Shown: positions 39,848 to 53,696, numbered from the stretch's first letter. The stretch is 64,000 nt of DNA from Octopus vulgaris (GCA_951406725.2 OX597815.1:139066001-139130000); one strand, 5' to 3'. Numbers and translations: made by a program. The notes: generated by a model not told the origin, from the letters alone.

Positions 39848-40595
39848 CGTGGTTTGATCAACAACTATCCGTATTGTTGCCATAGTAACAAAGCTAAAGA
39901 ACGGCGAGTAAAGCCACTTGGCACAGAGTGATATTGAACTCTGCCCTGCATGCACACTGAGTTTTAACATTCTAGCTCACTTCCACCGTTTACAGCAGTG
40001 CTTGGAAGGAAGGAATGTAGCGGGTGATTGTCGCATTGACCATGACAGAGAAAGTTGAGCAGAGAATGTGCAGCAAATTTTGTCAAAAGATTAGCGATAG
40101 CTGCTCAGAAGCCTATGCAATTTTTCAAAAAGTTTTCATCGTTCTCGACACAATCAAGGAGATCTTGTGCAACTGAAACCTAAATGACTTGTTGGTCAGC
40201 TCAAAGCAGCTTTGGCACAAACTTAGCAGACACGCGGCTCATACCCAAATCTTCAGTCATAATGGACTGAAATGAACCGTAACTAATCTGCACACCCCCA
40301 GATGATTCGCGGATGCTGATTCAACGACTTCCTCTCAGCTGCATACACATCTGCGATGTTTTTCTCAGTTCTGCTCTATCCACATTTTTCGGCCATCTTG
40401 GAAACGTCTGAACCTCCTGTACACTTGTGTGCGGTACATACGCTCCTCTCCATATACTTTCGGCAACTTAGCGTAGGCCTCTGAGCAGAATTGAGATAGA
40501 ATGTTAAAACTTAGTGCGTATGCACAACAGAGTCCAAAGTCAGTCACTCTGCGTACTTTAGCTTCGTTACTATATTAACAGTCCATATACTGCTA
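39848..40595. mobile_element. Rearranged mariner made of two 5' ends in opposite orientation
   Basis: Plus strand MTEKVEQRMCSKFCQKISDSCSEAYAIFQKV (40042-40135); minus strand CSEAYAKLPKVYGEE…QVYRRFRRFQDGRK…EDLGMSRVSAKFVPKLL (40500-40136); both share the 5' UTR GTAAC(A/G)AAGCTAAAG…GTTTTAACATTCTA. Confidence 0.8.
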
Positions 40596-40848
40596 CAAAA
40601 GTTATTGGCAATCACTAGACATAGAGACACACATAGATACATACACAGACACGATTGTATGTACTTACTTAGCTGCCTGCCTACCGACCTACCTACTTAC
40701 CTACCTACCTACCTAACATTTCATTATATTTATATATATTTCAATTATATATATATATATATATGCATATATCCATATGCATATATATATACATATATAT
40801 AAGATATATACATATATGTATGTGCATATGTATATATATATATATGTA

Positions 40849-40900
<52 letters not shown>

Positions 40901-40962
40901 CATATATGTGTGCATATATATATGAATATACATACACATATATACATATATATATGTGTGTA

Positions 40963-41032
<70 letters not shown>

Positions 41033-41366
41033 TATACGTACATATATATAATGTCTTGTATCAGTGACTAACTTTTATTGACTGCTTAGATTAGATATGA
41101 CAGTTTTTGAAATAATTCCAATTGCCTTCACTGCAAAAAAAGATCTTATTTAAATGTATATAGCAATTTTTTTATGGTCGGCCAGAAACACATCACCAAA
41201 CTAAATCATTGTATTAGATGTTTCAATAGACTGGTCGTTACTTATCAATTAGATACAGCTGTATTTAATACAGAGGTAATTACACACACACACACACATA
41301 TGTATACTTCGTTTTTGCATCTGGTTTGCATCAATCTTCATATGAATTCGTGTTTTGAAGCAAAGT

Positions 41367-41647
41367 TGTGTTGTGTCTGGGGAGAGCCATATTGTCTTAA
41401 TGCCTAATTATCGAACACACTCACCGGTTCGATTTCCCCCCATTAATTATTTATAATTTTTCTTTCAAAATTTTCGTTGCGTTTGCAACCTTGTCGACAT
41501 CTATTGACAACATCCATTGACAAGTTTGCAAAAACAGAGACAATTCTGGAAGAAAAGTTATAAATAATAGACGAACGGAAATGGAACCGGTGAGTGCGTT
41601 ATATGATAAAGCCTTAAGACAATATGAGACTCCCCAGACACAACACA
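41367..41647. mobile_element. MITE-like element with about 70-bp terminal inverted repeats
   Basis: TGTGTTGTGTCTGGGGAG…CACTCACCGGTTC versus GAACCGGTGAGTG…CTCCCCAGACACAACACA; another right half at about 48125-48264. Confidence 0.75.
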
Positions 41648-41682
41648 CACGCACACACACATATATATGTATGTTTGTATGA

Positions 41683-41724
<42 letters not shown>

Positions 41725-41726
<2 letters not shown>

Positions 41727-41930
41727 CGTGTGTATCGTTGGCGATTTTTTTCCTCTGTCTTCCCTTCCTTGGATTTTGTCCTTTTTCTATGCTTCTGACG
41801 AAGTGCTCCGCTCGAAACATTAAATCCTCTTTCTTTCTTTCGTTTCCTGAGCGTCTAATAACACTATATTTGTTCCACAACCTCGCGTTGTTGTGTTTTC
41901 TCTTTGTGTTTTTATGTTTGGTTTAACTAT
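41725..41930 (+). mobile_element. Short HHR-bearing repeat (family F) flanked by (TA)n
   Basis: GCUU-CUGACGA-A-GUGC ucc GCUC-GAAA-CAUU-AAAU at 41791-41825; homologous to 39130-39282. Confidence 0.75.
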
Positions 41931-41945
41931 ATATATATATAGCGT

Positions 41946-42478
41946 CCCTGTTTAATCTACTCCGCTTTTTCGAAGGTAAGGAAAAGACGCAACTTCGTGG
42001 AAACAATCCTTCCCGCAAAGCAAATTAAATAATATTTCTGATTTTTTGCAAAGGGTGAAAGTGGTAACAAGAACAGGAGAGTGAGAACAGAACAGTAAAA
42101 CCAAACAATGAGGACTGTTAAGCTAAGACGATAGAGAAATTCTGAACGCTAGGAGGACGAGCTCATGAAGAGATAGTATAAGCACGTTGTTGTCTTTACA
42201 AAGTTAGTAGTCAGAAAGATAGATTCTCATTCGCCACGTGTCAGCGACGAGAGAGTCGAGGAGGAGTGAGAGGGAGGGAACGGTGAAGAGGAGAGAAGAA
42301 TAGGGAAAGATGGAAGAGAAAACCAGAAAGGATGAAGGGAAGAGATGGAGAGAGATAGACAGAGAAGAGATAGTAAAGATAGAAGAGTGCGCGTATTTAA
42401 TTTGCCTTGCGGGAAGGATTGTTTCAAAGAAGTCGCGTCTTGTCCTTACCATCGGAAAACGGAGTAGATGAAACAGGG
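41946..42478. repeat. Element with about 85-bp inverted arms (family E related)
   Basis: CCCTGTTTAATCTACTCCG…AATCCTTCCCGCAAAGCAAATTAAATA versus the reverse complement at 42394-42478. Confidence 0.85.
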
Positions 42479-42489
42479 TTTCAAGGCGC

Positions 42490-43940
42490 AGGTGATAGAA
42501 ATGATGCCAAGGGTTTATGTTAAGGATGTATATGGCCCAAAATCTTCTTCAATAGCTCCAGTGACAACAGCTAATGGACATTTGCTTTTAACTGACACCG
42601 CTTCTATTCATAAGTACTGGGTAGAGATTTTTTTGCCCTTTTGAATAGACCATCATCGGTCGACATGAGAAGGATAGAAAAAATCGAACACCTCGCAGAT
42701 ATAGCGGAGATAGTATTTGAACCAACTCTAAATGACATATACTTAGCTGTGAATAATAAACTGAATAACAGCAAGTCTCCAGGGTCTGATGGAATTTGTG
42801 CATATGTCTTAAAATATGAGGTTGACCAGATGTTTGAACTTTTAAATGTATTAATTTGTCACAACTGGAGAACTGAGGGAGTGACTCAAGACTGGATTGA
42901 TGTCATTTTAGTCTCCTTGTATAAATCAGAGCCAAAGTATTTGTGTGGTAATTTTCGTGGGATTTAATTTTGTCAGTAGTTGGAAAGGTACTTGCCTGCA
43001 TTCTTTTAGAAAGTTTAAATACCTTCATAGTTCCAAATATAGTGTCTGCGTCTCAATATGGTTTCTGCTCCTCCAGTGGCACAGTTGATTGTATCTTTAC
43101 TATTAGACAATTTCAGGAAAAGTGCATTGAACAGAATCTTGCCCTATACCATTACTCTGTTGGTTTAAGCAAAACATTCGAAATGCTTTATGGCTAATTG
43201 TAAGGAAAATAGGTTACACAGAAAAAATTGTAAACATGATCAGAGCTTGCAACAAGATATGAAGGCTAGAGTTAATTTTGGTGGTATGCTCTCTGAATCT
43301 TTTACCGTAGAAAATGGAGTAAAGCAAAAAGTTGATGCACAAACCCTTTTTGCAATATACTTTGCTGCTGTGCTATCACACGCTCTTCAAAACTCTGAGG
43401 AGTGTATTTACATAAAATATCGAAAAATAGGGAATGTTTTTAATCTGTCGAGACTGAAATCTAAAACAGTGGTTTTTATTTCACTCATTGGGGAACTCTT
43501 ATACGCTTACGATTGCGATCTAATCAGTCACTCTGAAAGGGGCCTGCAATCTTTTGTATCTGCATTTCACTCAGCTTGTGATGATTTGGGTTTGACAATC
43601 AACTTGAAATATAAACAGTTGCTCCCAAAAATTTTCGTTAAGGGTAAGTTACTTGAGGTTGTTGACTCTTTCAACTACCTTGGAAGCTCTGTATACATTG
43701 ATGGAAATCTGGATACAGAAATACATCTGCGAATTCAATGAACAGCACAAGCATTTGGTGGTTTAGAGTCACGCGTTTCACGCCAACGACACATAACTAA
43801 CAACACAAAATTGGCTCTTTACAAATCGTTTGTCTTACCATCTCTATAGTATTCTTCTGGGACATGGACGTATTATGAAGGACATTTCAAATTGTTAGAA
43901 TGATTCCACCAAAAATGCCTTCGCCGCATTTAAAACTTCA
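42490..43940 (+). mobile_element. RTE-clade LINE reverse transcriptase pseudogene fragment
   Basis: KSPGSDGI; QDWIDVILVSLYK; CGNFRGI; SVVGKVLA; SQYGF; TVDCIFTIRQFQEKCIEQN; NGVKQ; LLYAYDC; FNYLGS; FHQKCLRRI; several stops and frameshifts. Confidence 0.9.
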
Positions 43941-44109
43941 AATGAAAATAACACTGATATCTCACTTTAGCAGATATATTCATCAAAATTCCATAAAACA
44001 TCTTGAAATACTAAAGAGTAAATGTATTCAATACAATCGCCTTTGGCATCGATCACGGCCTCCAGTCCAGACGACTTCGGAATATCCTGCAACACTTCTG
44101 GGTGTTCTC

Positions 44110-45165
44110 CTTTTTAAGTATTGGAGATTTCAGTGCGAATGCCAAGCGGTACAGCATGTCGTTTCCAAATTTCTGGCAGAGTGAAATGCGCCATGGTGCT
44201 GTTTTCTCACAGACGATGCCCAACAGACTCAACTATACTGTGTAATAAACAAAATGAAAAACAAAGTGCATGCACGACAATTATATATAAAGTGGCGACA
44301 ATTTATATATAAAATGGCGACAATTTACTCTTTGCAGCCTGCATATATGTAATATAACCTTATCTTGCTATGATCTAGAGTGTGATATTAAATTTTCATC
44401 CCCTTTTCCCTATTCATCCCCCCACTACAACCACTTTTCGCTACCCTCCCCATTCTAGTCATTTAAAAGCCTCTCCTTTATAAACTATAAGCTAGAGAAA
44501 TTCAATCACTCACTGACCGTTGTTCGCCAGTGTCATGAAATGACACCGACTTGGATTTTAAAATGTTTTGAAATGTTTAAATTGTACATGTATTCACCTT
44601 ATGAAAACGGTTTTGTTCAATAAAAACACATATAGTAGGGTCAGCTGGGCATTGTCTGCGAGAAACACAGCACCATAACGCAACTCACTCTTCTTCTTTT
44701 TTTCTTCTTTTACTTGTTTCAGTCATTTGACTGCGGCCATGCTGGAGCACCGCCTTTAGTCGAGCAACTCGACCCCGGGACTTATTCTTTGTAAGCCCAG
44801 TACTTATTCTATCGGTCTCTTTTGCCGAACCGCTAAGTGACGGGGACATAAACACACCAGCATCGGTTGTCAAGCAATGCTAGGGGGACAAACACAAACA
44901 CACAAACACACACATATATACATATATACGACGGGCTTCTTTCAGTTTCCGTCTACCAAATCCACTCACAAGGCTTTGGTCGGCCCGAGGCTATAGTAGA
45001 AGACACTTGCCCAAGGTGCCACGCAGTGGGACTGAACCCGGAACCATGTGGTTGGTAAGCAAGCTACTTACCACACAGCCACACAGCCACTCTGCTAGAA
45101 ATTTAGAAACGACGTGCTGTACTGCTCAGCATTCACGCTGAAAGCTGTAATACGAAAAATAGCTG
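44110..45165. repeat. Inverted repeat of about 135 bp whose right arm is split by a SINE B insertion
   Basis: 44193-44243 pairs with 44628-44676; 44112-44181 pairs with 45090-45160. Confidence 0.8.
44686..45091 (-). mobile_element. tRNA-derived SINE family B, full length
   Basis: Near-identical to 6775-7190; CACTCT occurs at both junctions. Confidence 0.92.
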
Positions 45166-46818
45166 TAGTGGTTGAATCATAATCCATCTTGTTATTTGTT
45201 TAATATTCACCTTACTCGGAATCTGCAATTAGCGTGGATCTGGAGTCTATTGAGTTCAGTACAATTGGTGCAGTGTTTATACCCATGTGCAGCCTTGAGA
45301 CTCGTGATATATTCAGTCAACCTTTTGTGATTGTACATGTAACTGGAATATAAATCCGTCTTTACTTCGGTATGTACGTACATGTTCCTCAAATTTAGTT
45401 TTCTACGCCATAGCAATTTCACTGATCCGACCCTGGTGCTTTACTATTGAAGAAGCTGATTCACTTAAATATTTAACGTATATGTGTGTGTGTGTGTGTG
45501 TGTTTGTGTGTGTGGTGTGTTCGCGCGTGTATATGTGTAAAAACCAGTTTATCAATAACTATCCTCTTTTAAAATTTAGAGATACAGATTGAAAAGAATA
45601 CGTCTATGGATTTATATTCATATAAATATTATCATGCCCTATAATTATAAATATACACTTCTTCTGACATAAATTGCCTTACAAACAACTTCCGAAGATG
45701 TAGACTCTAGTGAGCTTTTCTAATACTCTTTGATTTCCACGAAACCAATTGTAATATAATCTTTTCTGTCAATCTGTGTAGCTTTCGTGAAAGAAAAGTC
45801 ACCACCATTAATTATTTTCTGAATAGGTTCGAGTACACTAAAGACAAAAACAGAACAATATTCGCTGAGACGTACGTAAGTCGTCTTAGTGTATTTTTAC
45901 GAAAAGTTCCCTTTGGCAGTTTCTAACTTGCATCTCAATCATGTGTAATAAAACAATATATCTATTTTTCACTACTAGAGCATATTTTCTTGAGGAAGTT
46001 AAAAATATCTTTGGTTTCAAAGAAAGCACATTAAGATGCTCTAAGTATGAAAACGCCGTAGATACATGTATAACTACAAAGAGCGATTCTCTGGAAAACC
46101 ACTTAGAAAATAACTTATGTGTACCATTCATTACATCTCATTTCGCAAGGATGTAATAAATCACTCTTTTCCCAATGATGAAAGTAAATTAACGGATGAT
46201 AGTAAGTTGATAGTAGGCTGAATATAGTATACAGTTAATAAGTCGATGATCGAAAGTTAACTGAATAGAGTGCAATTATTTAATGATCGCGCTAAAGAAA
46301 TTTTCAGGACAATATTTCTTGAAAATAATTTCTGTAAATCAAAGAATAAATAACAATCTAATTAAGCAACGCAATGAAACTTGAATTAAAAGCACCTGGC
46401 ATATAGTATTCCTTTCAAGATACCGGTCTATGAGTGCCAAATGTATTAGTGTCTCATTTTATGCTGCAAAATATGAAATTATATTTTGAATATTCGTATG
46501 ACGTGTTACTAGGTAAATTTCAACTAATCTTAGTCTTTATATGCATAATTATTGTCGCATGTTACTAAAAAGCTTTGGAAAATTTTACTAGTTTTTATGA
46601 TAGCTATAATGAACGACAATAACTTTCAAAGCTAAATTAGATACCGTAGATTGATTAGAGATCGGTCTAAATTTTAAGGAATACCATTTATCAATGCGAT
46701 AATCTCTAGTCAACTACATCCTTATAAGAAAACATATAGAATCAGAATTTTATAAATGTAATCCATAGTTTACATATTTATTATGATGGTTGTTTTTTTT
46801 TAATAGTAAATATCAACA

Positions 46819-46894
<76 letters not shown>

Positions 46895-48124
46895 TACATA
46901 TGTGGGAAATTCTGTTGATGAAACTTGACACGTGAGTAGAACGCATGTCTTGAAACCTCATGGCGTACTCAGATTGTTGAAAAAGTCGATAACAGGGCCG
47001 CTGGAAGGTTCCATATATATCTAATATATTTCATTTTAACAGCCAAAGGAAATAACCCATTCACCCAAATTTTAACAGCTTAGGGTAATAACCCATTCAT
47101 TTTCCTAAATCATTTGCTATAAATCAGATTGAGTATTTTTATTTCTATCTATTTGAACTGTTAGAGTTATTTTCGCAAGTTATCCAGTACAACCCTTAAA
47201 CAAGTAAATAGGATTTTCCTAAACAATACAGCCACTTATTTCGGTTAGCGACTTATTCACAAATATACTAACATTAGCGCCGCTGAAGGTAATACTCTCT
47301 GGGAACGCACAAAATACATTTTCAGTTTTATTTACTTAGAAATGTTATTATCTCATATCTGATTAGCCTGTTATTACGTAACATGCTACACGATTTAGTA
47401 TAGATATATTATTAGTATTTCTATATACTTCTATATGCTCTGAGAACGCGTTAAAGCACTTTTCGGGGCTACTTTATTTGAATTCTTACTATCTGGTAAC
47501 GAAATTCATGTTATTACATAACTGACTTCACAATTTGGGTATTCATAAATTATTGGTAATTCCTAAAAACAAGATCCTGTGTAAGACAGTTTGCTGTCCT
47601 CTGTAAATGCACAAAAACTGTTTTAAGGGCTACATACTTTGTATTGTTGTTATTGGATTAGTGAAACAATTATGAGAACGGAACCAAGGGATAAGCCCCG
47701 CTTTCCTGGGCGCTACCGGATACGTCAGCTAGTACGTATATATATATATATATATATATGTAAACTGACAGATAAGCAGATTTCAGGTGCATATGTAATA
47801 CTGGCAGACAAGCAAACACACACACACACACACACATAAGGACACCTAGGGAGACACACATCAATACATAATAAATGCTCGTGCATAGTCACACAAACCA
47901 ATACGCATAAACACTCTCAAATATGCACACAAACACGAATATGCAGAATACATATGTACAAACGTACATACATGCATACATGCATATATATATGCATACA
48001 CACACGCATACATACACACATACAAACACACACATACATGCATACATGTGTGTATATACCTGCACACTGACGCACACACATGCGCAAAAGCAAACAAATA
48101 AAAAGAAGGCGGCTCCGATAACGG

Positions 48125-48264
48125 ACAGAGTCAACGACAATTGAAGAGTTTTCAAGAATGAATGAAAATTTTATAGAAAATAAATAAGTAAATGAGTGGG
48201 AACCGAACCGGTGAGTGGGTTAATTAGTAAGACATTAAAACAGAATGACTCTCCCCAGACACAA
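48125..48264 (+). mobile_element. Half copy of the 41367-41647 MITE-like family
   Basis: GAACCGGTGAGTGGGTT…GACTCTCCCCAGACACAA. Confidence 0.65.
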
Positions 48265-48636
48265 TTATATATATATATACATTGATGTACGTATATAGTT
48301 AAATATGCTACTATGAGTGTGTTCACATGTTTCTACATATACTTGTCTTGTATATGTACGAATGTATCCGGTCATCAGTGACTGATGAACAAACCGTCAA
48401 CCCAGCGTGCTATTGATAAAGGACACGCCACATAGTCTCCAACATGACACCTATCTGGAAGGACAACCGTAGTAGAGTACCATTCCCTAATGAAGCGGGC
48501 AAATATCAACATGCCTCCCTGTAACTGACGTGACCCAGACTGCAAAATAGATGTAACATAATATGATGTACATCATCCTACCCATAAAAACAGTCGCAGG
48601 ATGAGTTCTACGGAATAAAGACTAATACTAAATATA

Positions 48637-49868
48637 CGAGGGGCGTTCAATAAGTAATGCCCCTGATCCACTTCCCATAGCAGTAGAGCAACGAAACTTG
48701 GCACGGTTATTAGCCTTTTTCTATATAAGAAGCACTCAGAGTTACGCATTTCTCCCATCGTTTGATGCAGCTCTGGAGACCGTTTTCGTAGAAGACCCCA
48801 GTTTGGTCCTCCAACCACGACGTGACTTCAGAAATCAAGGCTGCATCATCTGGGAAACGTTTTCCTTTCAAAAACATCTTCATGAATGGGAAGAGGTGAA
48901 AATCGGAGGGTGCAAGGTTAGGAGAGTAGGGGGATAGGGGAAGAGTTCATAGCCGCATGCCTGTGCTTCTGATCTGGCGACACGCGAGTTGTGGACCGGA
49001 GCGTTGTCCTGCAGGAGGAGGATGCCTTTGCTGATCTTGCCCCGCCTCTTGGTTTCGATAGCTTCTCTTAATTTCCTCAAAAGTGAAACATGATAGGCTC
49101 CTGTAATTGTGGTACCCTTTGCCAGGAAATCTGTCATCACTACTCCGTCCTGGTCCCAGAAGACTGTGAGCATGACCTTGCCAGCGGAGGGCTGCACCCT
49201 TGCCTTCTTTGGAGGAGGTGAATCATGGTGCTTCCACTGCATTGACTGGGCTTTGGTCTCTGTATCATAGTGATGGACCCAGGTCTCATCCTGTGTAATC
49301 AGCCTTTTGAAAAATTTTGACTCATCTTCTTGGCACATCCCTAAATTCATACTCGAGCACTCGACGCGTTCTTGCTTCTGGAAAAGTGTGAGCAGCCTGG
49401 GAATCCATCTGGCAGACACCTTTTGCATATGCAAATGGTAATAAAGGATAGTTTCAACAGACCCGGTACTAATCTTGACCTCATGGGCTATTTGGCGAAT
49501 AGTTATGCGTCGATCTTTCAAAATAGCAGCCTCAACTTGACGGAGAGATGCCTCATCAATGGCAGAAGGGGTGCGACCAGATCTGGGAGCTGTTTCCACA
49601 GAGTTCCGACCAAATTTGAATTCACGATGACAGCGCTTTACAAGGTCATATGATGGGGCATCATCACCATAAGTTACTTTCATTTCATCAAAAGTCTCCT
49701 GTGGTGTGCGTCATTTCAAATACAAAAACCGGATCACTGCTCGACACTCAACAGGCTCCATTTCCCACTTGACTCATTTCAAACACCTGTAAATCAGAAA
49801 CCACAAAATTTCAGCTAGATCAACCAAGGGCAAGTGGGTCAGAGGCATTACTTATTGAACGCCCCTCG
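48637..49868 (-). mobile_element. Full-length mariner (DD34D) DNA transposon, 1232 bp, with TIRs and TA target duplication
   Basis: TIR CGAGGGGCGTTCAATAAGTAATGCC is perfect for 25 bp (about 37 bp with 2 mismatches); TA at 48635-48636 and 49869-49870. Confidence 0.97.
48710..49761 (-). pseudogene. Mariner transposase with one nonsense codon (49711-49713) and one frameshift (about 48930)
   Basis: MEPVECRAVIRFLYLK*…WIPRLL…ITQDETWVHHYD…LLQDNAPVH…(shift)SPDLAPSDFHLF…RWEKCV…YIEKG*. Confidence 0.95.
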
Positions 49869-50276
49869 TATCTTCTGTTTCCTTAATGGATTATTATCTC
49901 AACTATCACTGAGGAATTTTTGAAGTAGATCCAATGGAAATATACCCCAACTGCAGATGACGTGAGGTGGCCCTAGCCGTGCTAGTCCAAAAATTACATA
50001 TACGTATATATACAGATACCACGCCACAAGTTGTAATAATGAAGTCAGACCAAATACGGATATTTTGAAATCCTTTAATACGTATGTTTTAGGTCTGCAT
50101 AACATATAAAATACATCCTTTACGTAATACCTTCCTCAGTTGAAACGATTCAAAACAAAACAAATTTGATACTGTAACACGTAATATACATACATGCATG
50201 CATACATACACGAATACATACAAACACACATGTATCTATGTATATATCTACCTGTCTGTCTGTCTGTCTATCTATA

Positions 50277-50326
<50 letters not shown>

Positions 50327-50362
50327 AGTATCTATCTATCGACGTATCTATCTATCAATTTG

Positions 50363-50402
<40 letters not shown>

Positions 50403-50419
50403 GGTAGCTAGCTAGCTAG

Positions 50420-50477
<58 letters not shown>

Positions 50478-51989
50478 CACTGTCCATTATTTTGAACATT
50501 AACACAGTGGAAATATAGAGCCAAGTCCTCTTGAAATAATCTGTCTCACTTCAGAAGATAACTAATATCATGGTTTACCGTTTACGAAATAGCTAAATAG
50601 CTAAATTGTTGGTTTATTACAAACAATTGTCTAGTTAAAAGATAGATAAGTTTCTTTTGTCTACTGACATCAGTGCTTGCTGTTCGTTTAACCTGGAGCT
50701 GTGTCACTAACACAATTATATCACAACAGAAGTTTAATACTCCTTCAAAACTTGTATGCGAATTCCATTTTCCAAAAAATTGCGTTTTATTATTTTAGAA
50801 ACCAGTAACGAAGTAGTTTTAGTCACAGGCGTTCGTTTGTAAAGGAATCGGATTAAATTCTAATAGTAATCTTACAGATACATTTTTAAAAAGAATGTAA
50901 TCTCTTTAAAAAACATAGGTAGGAGTTTAAATTAAATTTCTTCCAAAACTAGATTAACATAAGCACACCTGAAAAAATTCTTCTTTACTCGCGTGAAACT
51001 TTCCCTTATATATGAGCTTCATTGAACATTAATCAAATATTATATTTCATCAAATTTCAAACATGTGATTTGTGCGGTAACAACAAAGAGAATCACGATA
51101 AGAAAATAACTCAAAATCTTAGTTGGAAATTTAAGGAATTAAAATATTAAAAACACGCAAACTATTTTCTGTCATCAGAATGTATAGGTATTTAAAAATG
51201 CCTATTTTGTTGAAACGTAATAAATTTCAGTAATAATAAATATTACTATTATGCTGAATGTCTTTGTGGTTTTAATCCTCTCAGCAAAGAATTCGAATCT
51301 TTACAATATTGTGACAAGAAATCAAAAACTAAGTTTCTGTCGATATGAAAAAAAAACAACAAATCCAAACATCTACATTTACGAAATAGTAAATATACAT
51401 ACCTTGCTAATGATTGAAATTCGTTAGTGATGACGAGTTATAAATTTCATCAAACATAGCGAAATTCTTTTAATCTTTTTCTCGACTTTAATGAAACAAG
51501 CTTTCTTTATAGAAAACTATTTACATAGACAGCAAGAAAATTATATTTTGAAAAATAAAGGATATGAAATAAGAAGACATATTTTGTTATCAGAATATGT
51601 ATTATGAGAAATTCCAATATAGTAATAAAGAAGAACAACAACACACGTAGCAACTAGATACCCACTCCATCCACTCCCAACCAACAGAGAACTCAACTAC
51701 AAACTATCCAGACTGAAACAGTCTATCTCCAACATCTTAATGAAGGAATCAAAAATAATACCAAACTTAACCAAAGTACAGTATAAGACATTGACAAAAC
51801 TAGAAAAGAAAAACCTTATCTACTTTCCATCAGAGAAAGGGTAAGAAATCTGCGTGATTTCTTTTGAAAATTATGGTACTAGAACATTTAAGACTGGTAC
51901 TAGAACATTTAAGCAATGATAGACTATATTCTGAAGTAACAGATACAACTGCGACCAGGATTGAGGATCGAATTAACATTACAAAGACT

Positions 51990-53570
51990 GACATTTGATA
52001 ACGGAGGCAACTACATAGCAAATACAAGAAATAGATTACCCTGGTTCTATCACTTCATTAAAACACACAAGGATATCAACACTATCTAGATTAGACGCAT
52101 CGTCTCCAGAGTGGAAGGACCTCTATATAAAATATCCTGGCTCCATTTCCACATCCTGAAACCCATACTCTTCACCTTTCCTGGACACGTCAAGAACGAC
52201 AAAGTCATCAAAAGATTGCGCCACTGCCCACCCCCTAGATCACCTCAGACAAAACAGTTATGCCTTTAGTTTTTAAGTTATCTCAATATACACAACGATA
52301 CCAGCACACTCGGCGGTGAGCCCATTAACTGACTGCATAGTAGGGTCCTACATCCACTGCTTCTGACTCGCCGCAGCTGATATGCATCAACTATTAACCA
52401 TAATCGTTGACAACACCTAATTCTCTTTCCAAGATCACATATACAAACAGACAACAGGTCTCCCCATGGGATCCAGTCTCTCGGACCTACTAGCCATCAC
52501 TTATATGAGCCATCTGGAACATCGAGCATTCAACATCTACCGCTCATGCGCCTTCTTCACCGGGTCCATAGATGACATCCTCATACTCACATCCTCCCGT
52601 GAAGAGGCAGACAGAATATTCGCGACGTTCAACAACATGAATATACGGTTCACAACATCCCGACAACACTGCATCACAATCGCTACTCGACTTCCAACTG
52701 AAAATAACAGGAGAGATCCGCACCGTGTTCTGCAGGAAAGCATCCAGTAGATATGTTTGTTCAGTACAATTCAGCCTTTCCACTAGGTGCCAAAATAGGA
52801 TACGCCAGAAATGAACTTGCACGCATCCAGAGCAAATGTAGCAGGGCAGAGCACAAGGTGACCCATATCACAGGTTTCCTATAGATATTGGAAACCAACA
52901 GGTACTCTATATCCATAGTAGATTATCTTAAGTACCCAAGACGACAAACTCACCGAACACACAGAAAACCCAGCAACACATGCTTCCTTAAAATACTCCA
53001 TTTTAGCTAGAGGATAACTGCAGCCATCCGAAGAGCCATAAGAAGAGAAGAATTAGACATACACTAGCTCACTCTGGCCCGTCTCTGAGAAGACAGCTAG
53101 CAAAGAAACGAGCAAGGAACAGCAATCAATGCACACAGGTTAACTGCCCATCCGTGACACAGATTTATGGCTACGGGTAAATGATGTGTATAGAATACAA
53201 TGCAACAAGTTCTACGTGGGTAGCACAACATGACCGTTAAATATTCTCATCAAAGAACATCTGAACACGAGAGCCTCCTCCTTCAGAAAACATCTAGACA
53301 GATGCCGAAACACCGACAAAAGCATAACAGTCACAATTGAGGCCAATGAAATAAATTTGGATAAAACAAGAATTAAGGAAGCTATCCTCATAAACAGAAT
53401 ATTGGCCCCAAATTAACAACAGGCTGGAGGTTGGCAATCAATATATTATTTAGCTACATCTGTTCATTTTTGATAACATGCTCCTGTATTATATAAAAAG
53501 AGAACTAAACTAGCGATATCTGAAGAAAGAATTTTTATATTCCGAATTATTTTTATATCAGACTACGGAA
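51990..53570 (+). mobile_element. Penelope-like element RT plus GIY-YIG pseudogene with downstream hammerhead
   Basis: KTHK; RIVSRVEGPLYKISW; TGLPMGSSLSDLLAITYMSHLE; IDDILIL; DVYRIQCNKFYVGST; IKEAILIN. The 5' boundary is uncertain and may extend to about 51620. Confidence 0.85.
53515..53559 (+). ncRNA. Degenerate hammerhead motif 3' of the PLE
   Basis: GAUAU-CUGAAGA-aaGAAU uuuuau AUUCc-GAAU-…-AUAUC: stem I GAUAU/AUAUC and intact CUGANGA. Confidence 0.5.
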
Positions 53571-53696
53571 AATTAAATTATAACAGTTATTATAGTCCAC
53601 TCTGCATTGTTGTGCCATTCAAGACTTGTTATATTTTGAGAAAAATGTTTAATTTCATATAACTTTTAAAATGATTTTACACGATTATTAAAACAA

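Noticed and set aside
45207-46156. Non-repetitive ORFs 45207..45422 (-) and 45941..46156 (+) as exons
   Set aside because: No recognisable homology and no consistent pair of splice sites.
48374-48400. TCATCAGTGACTGATGA palindrome containing CTGATGA
   Set aside because: No stem II or GAAA follows, so it is not a hammerhead.
49899-50105. ORF with a phase-2-compatible acceptor as a further exon of the 59-62 kb gene
   Set aside because: Weak donor, 10 kb away, and no independent support.
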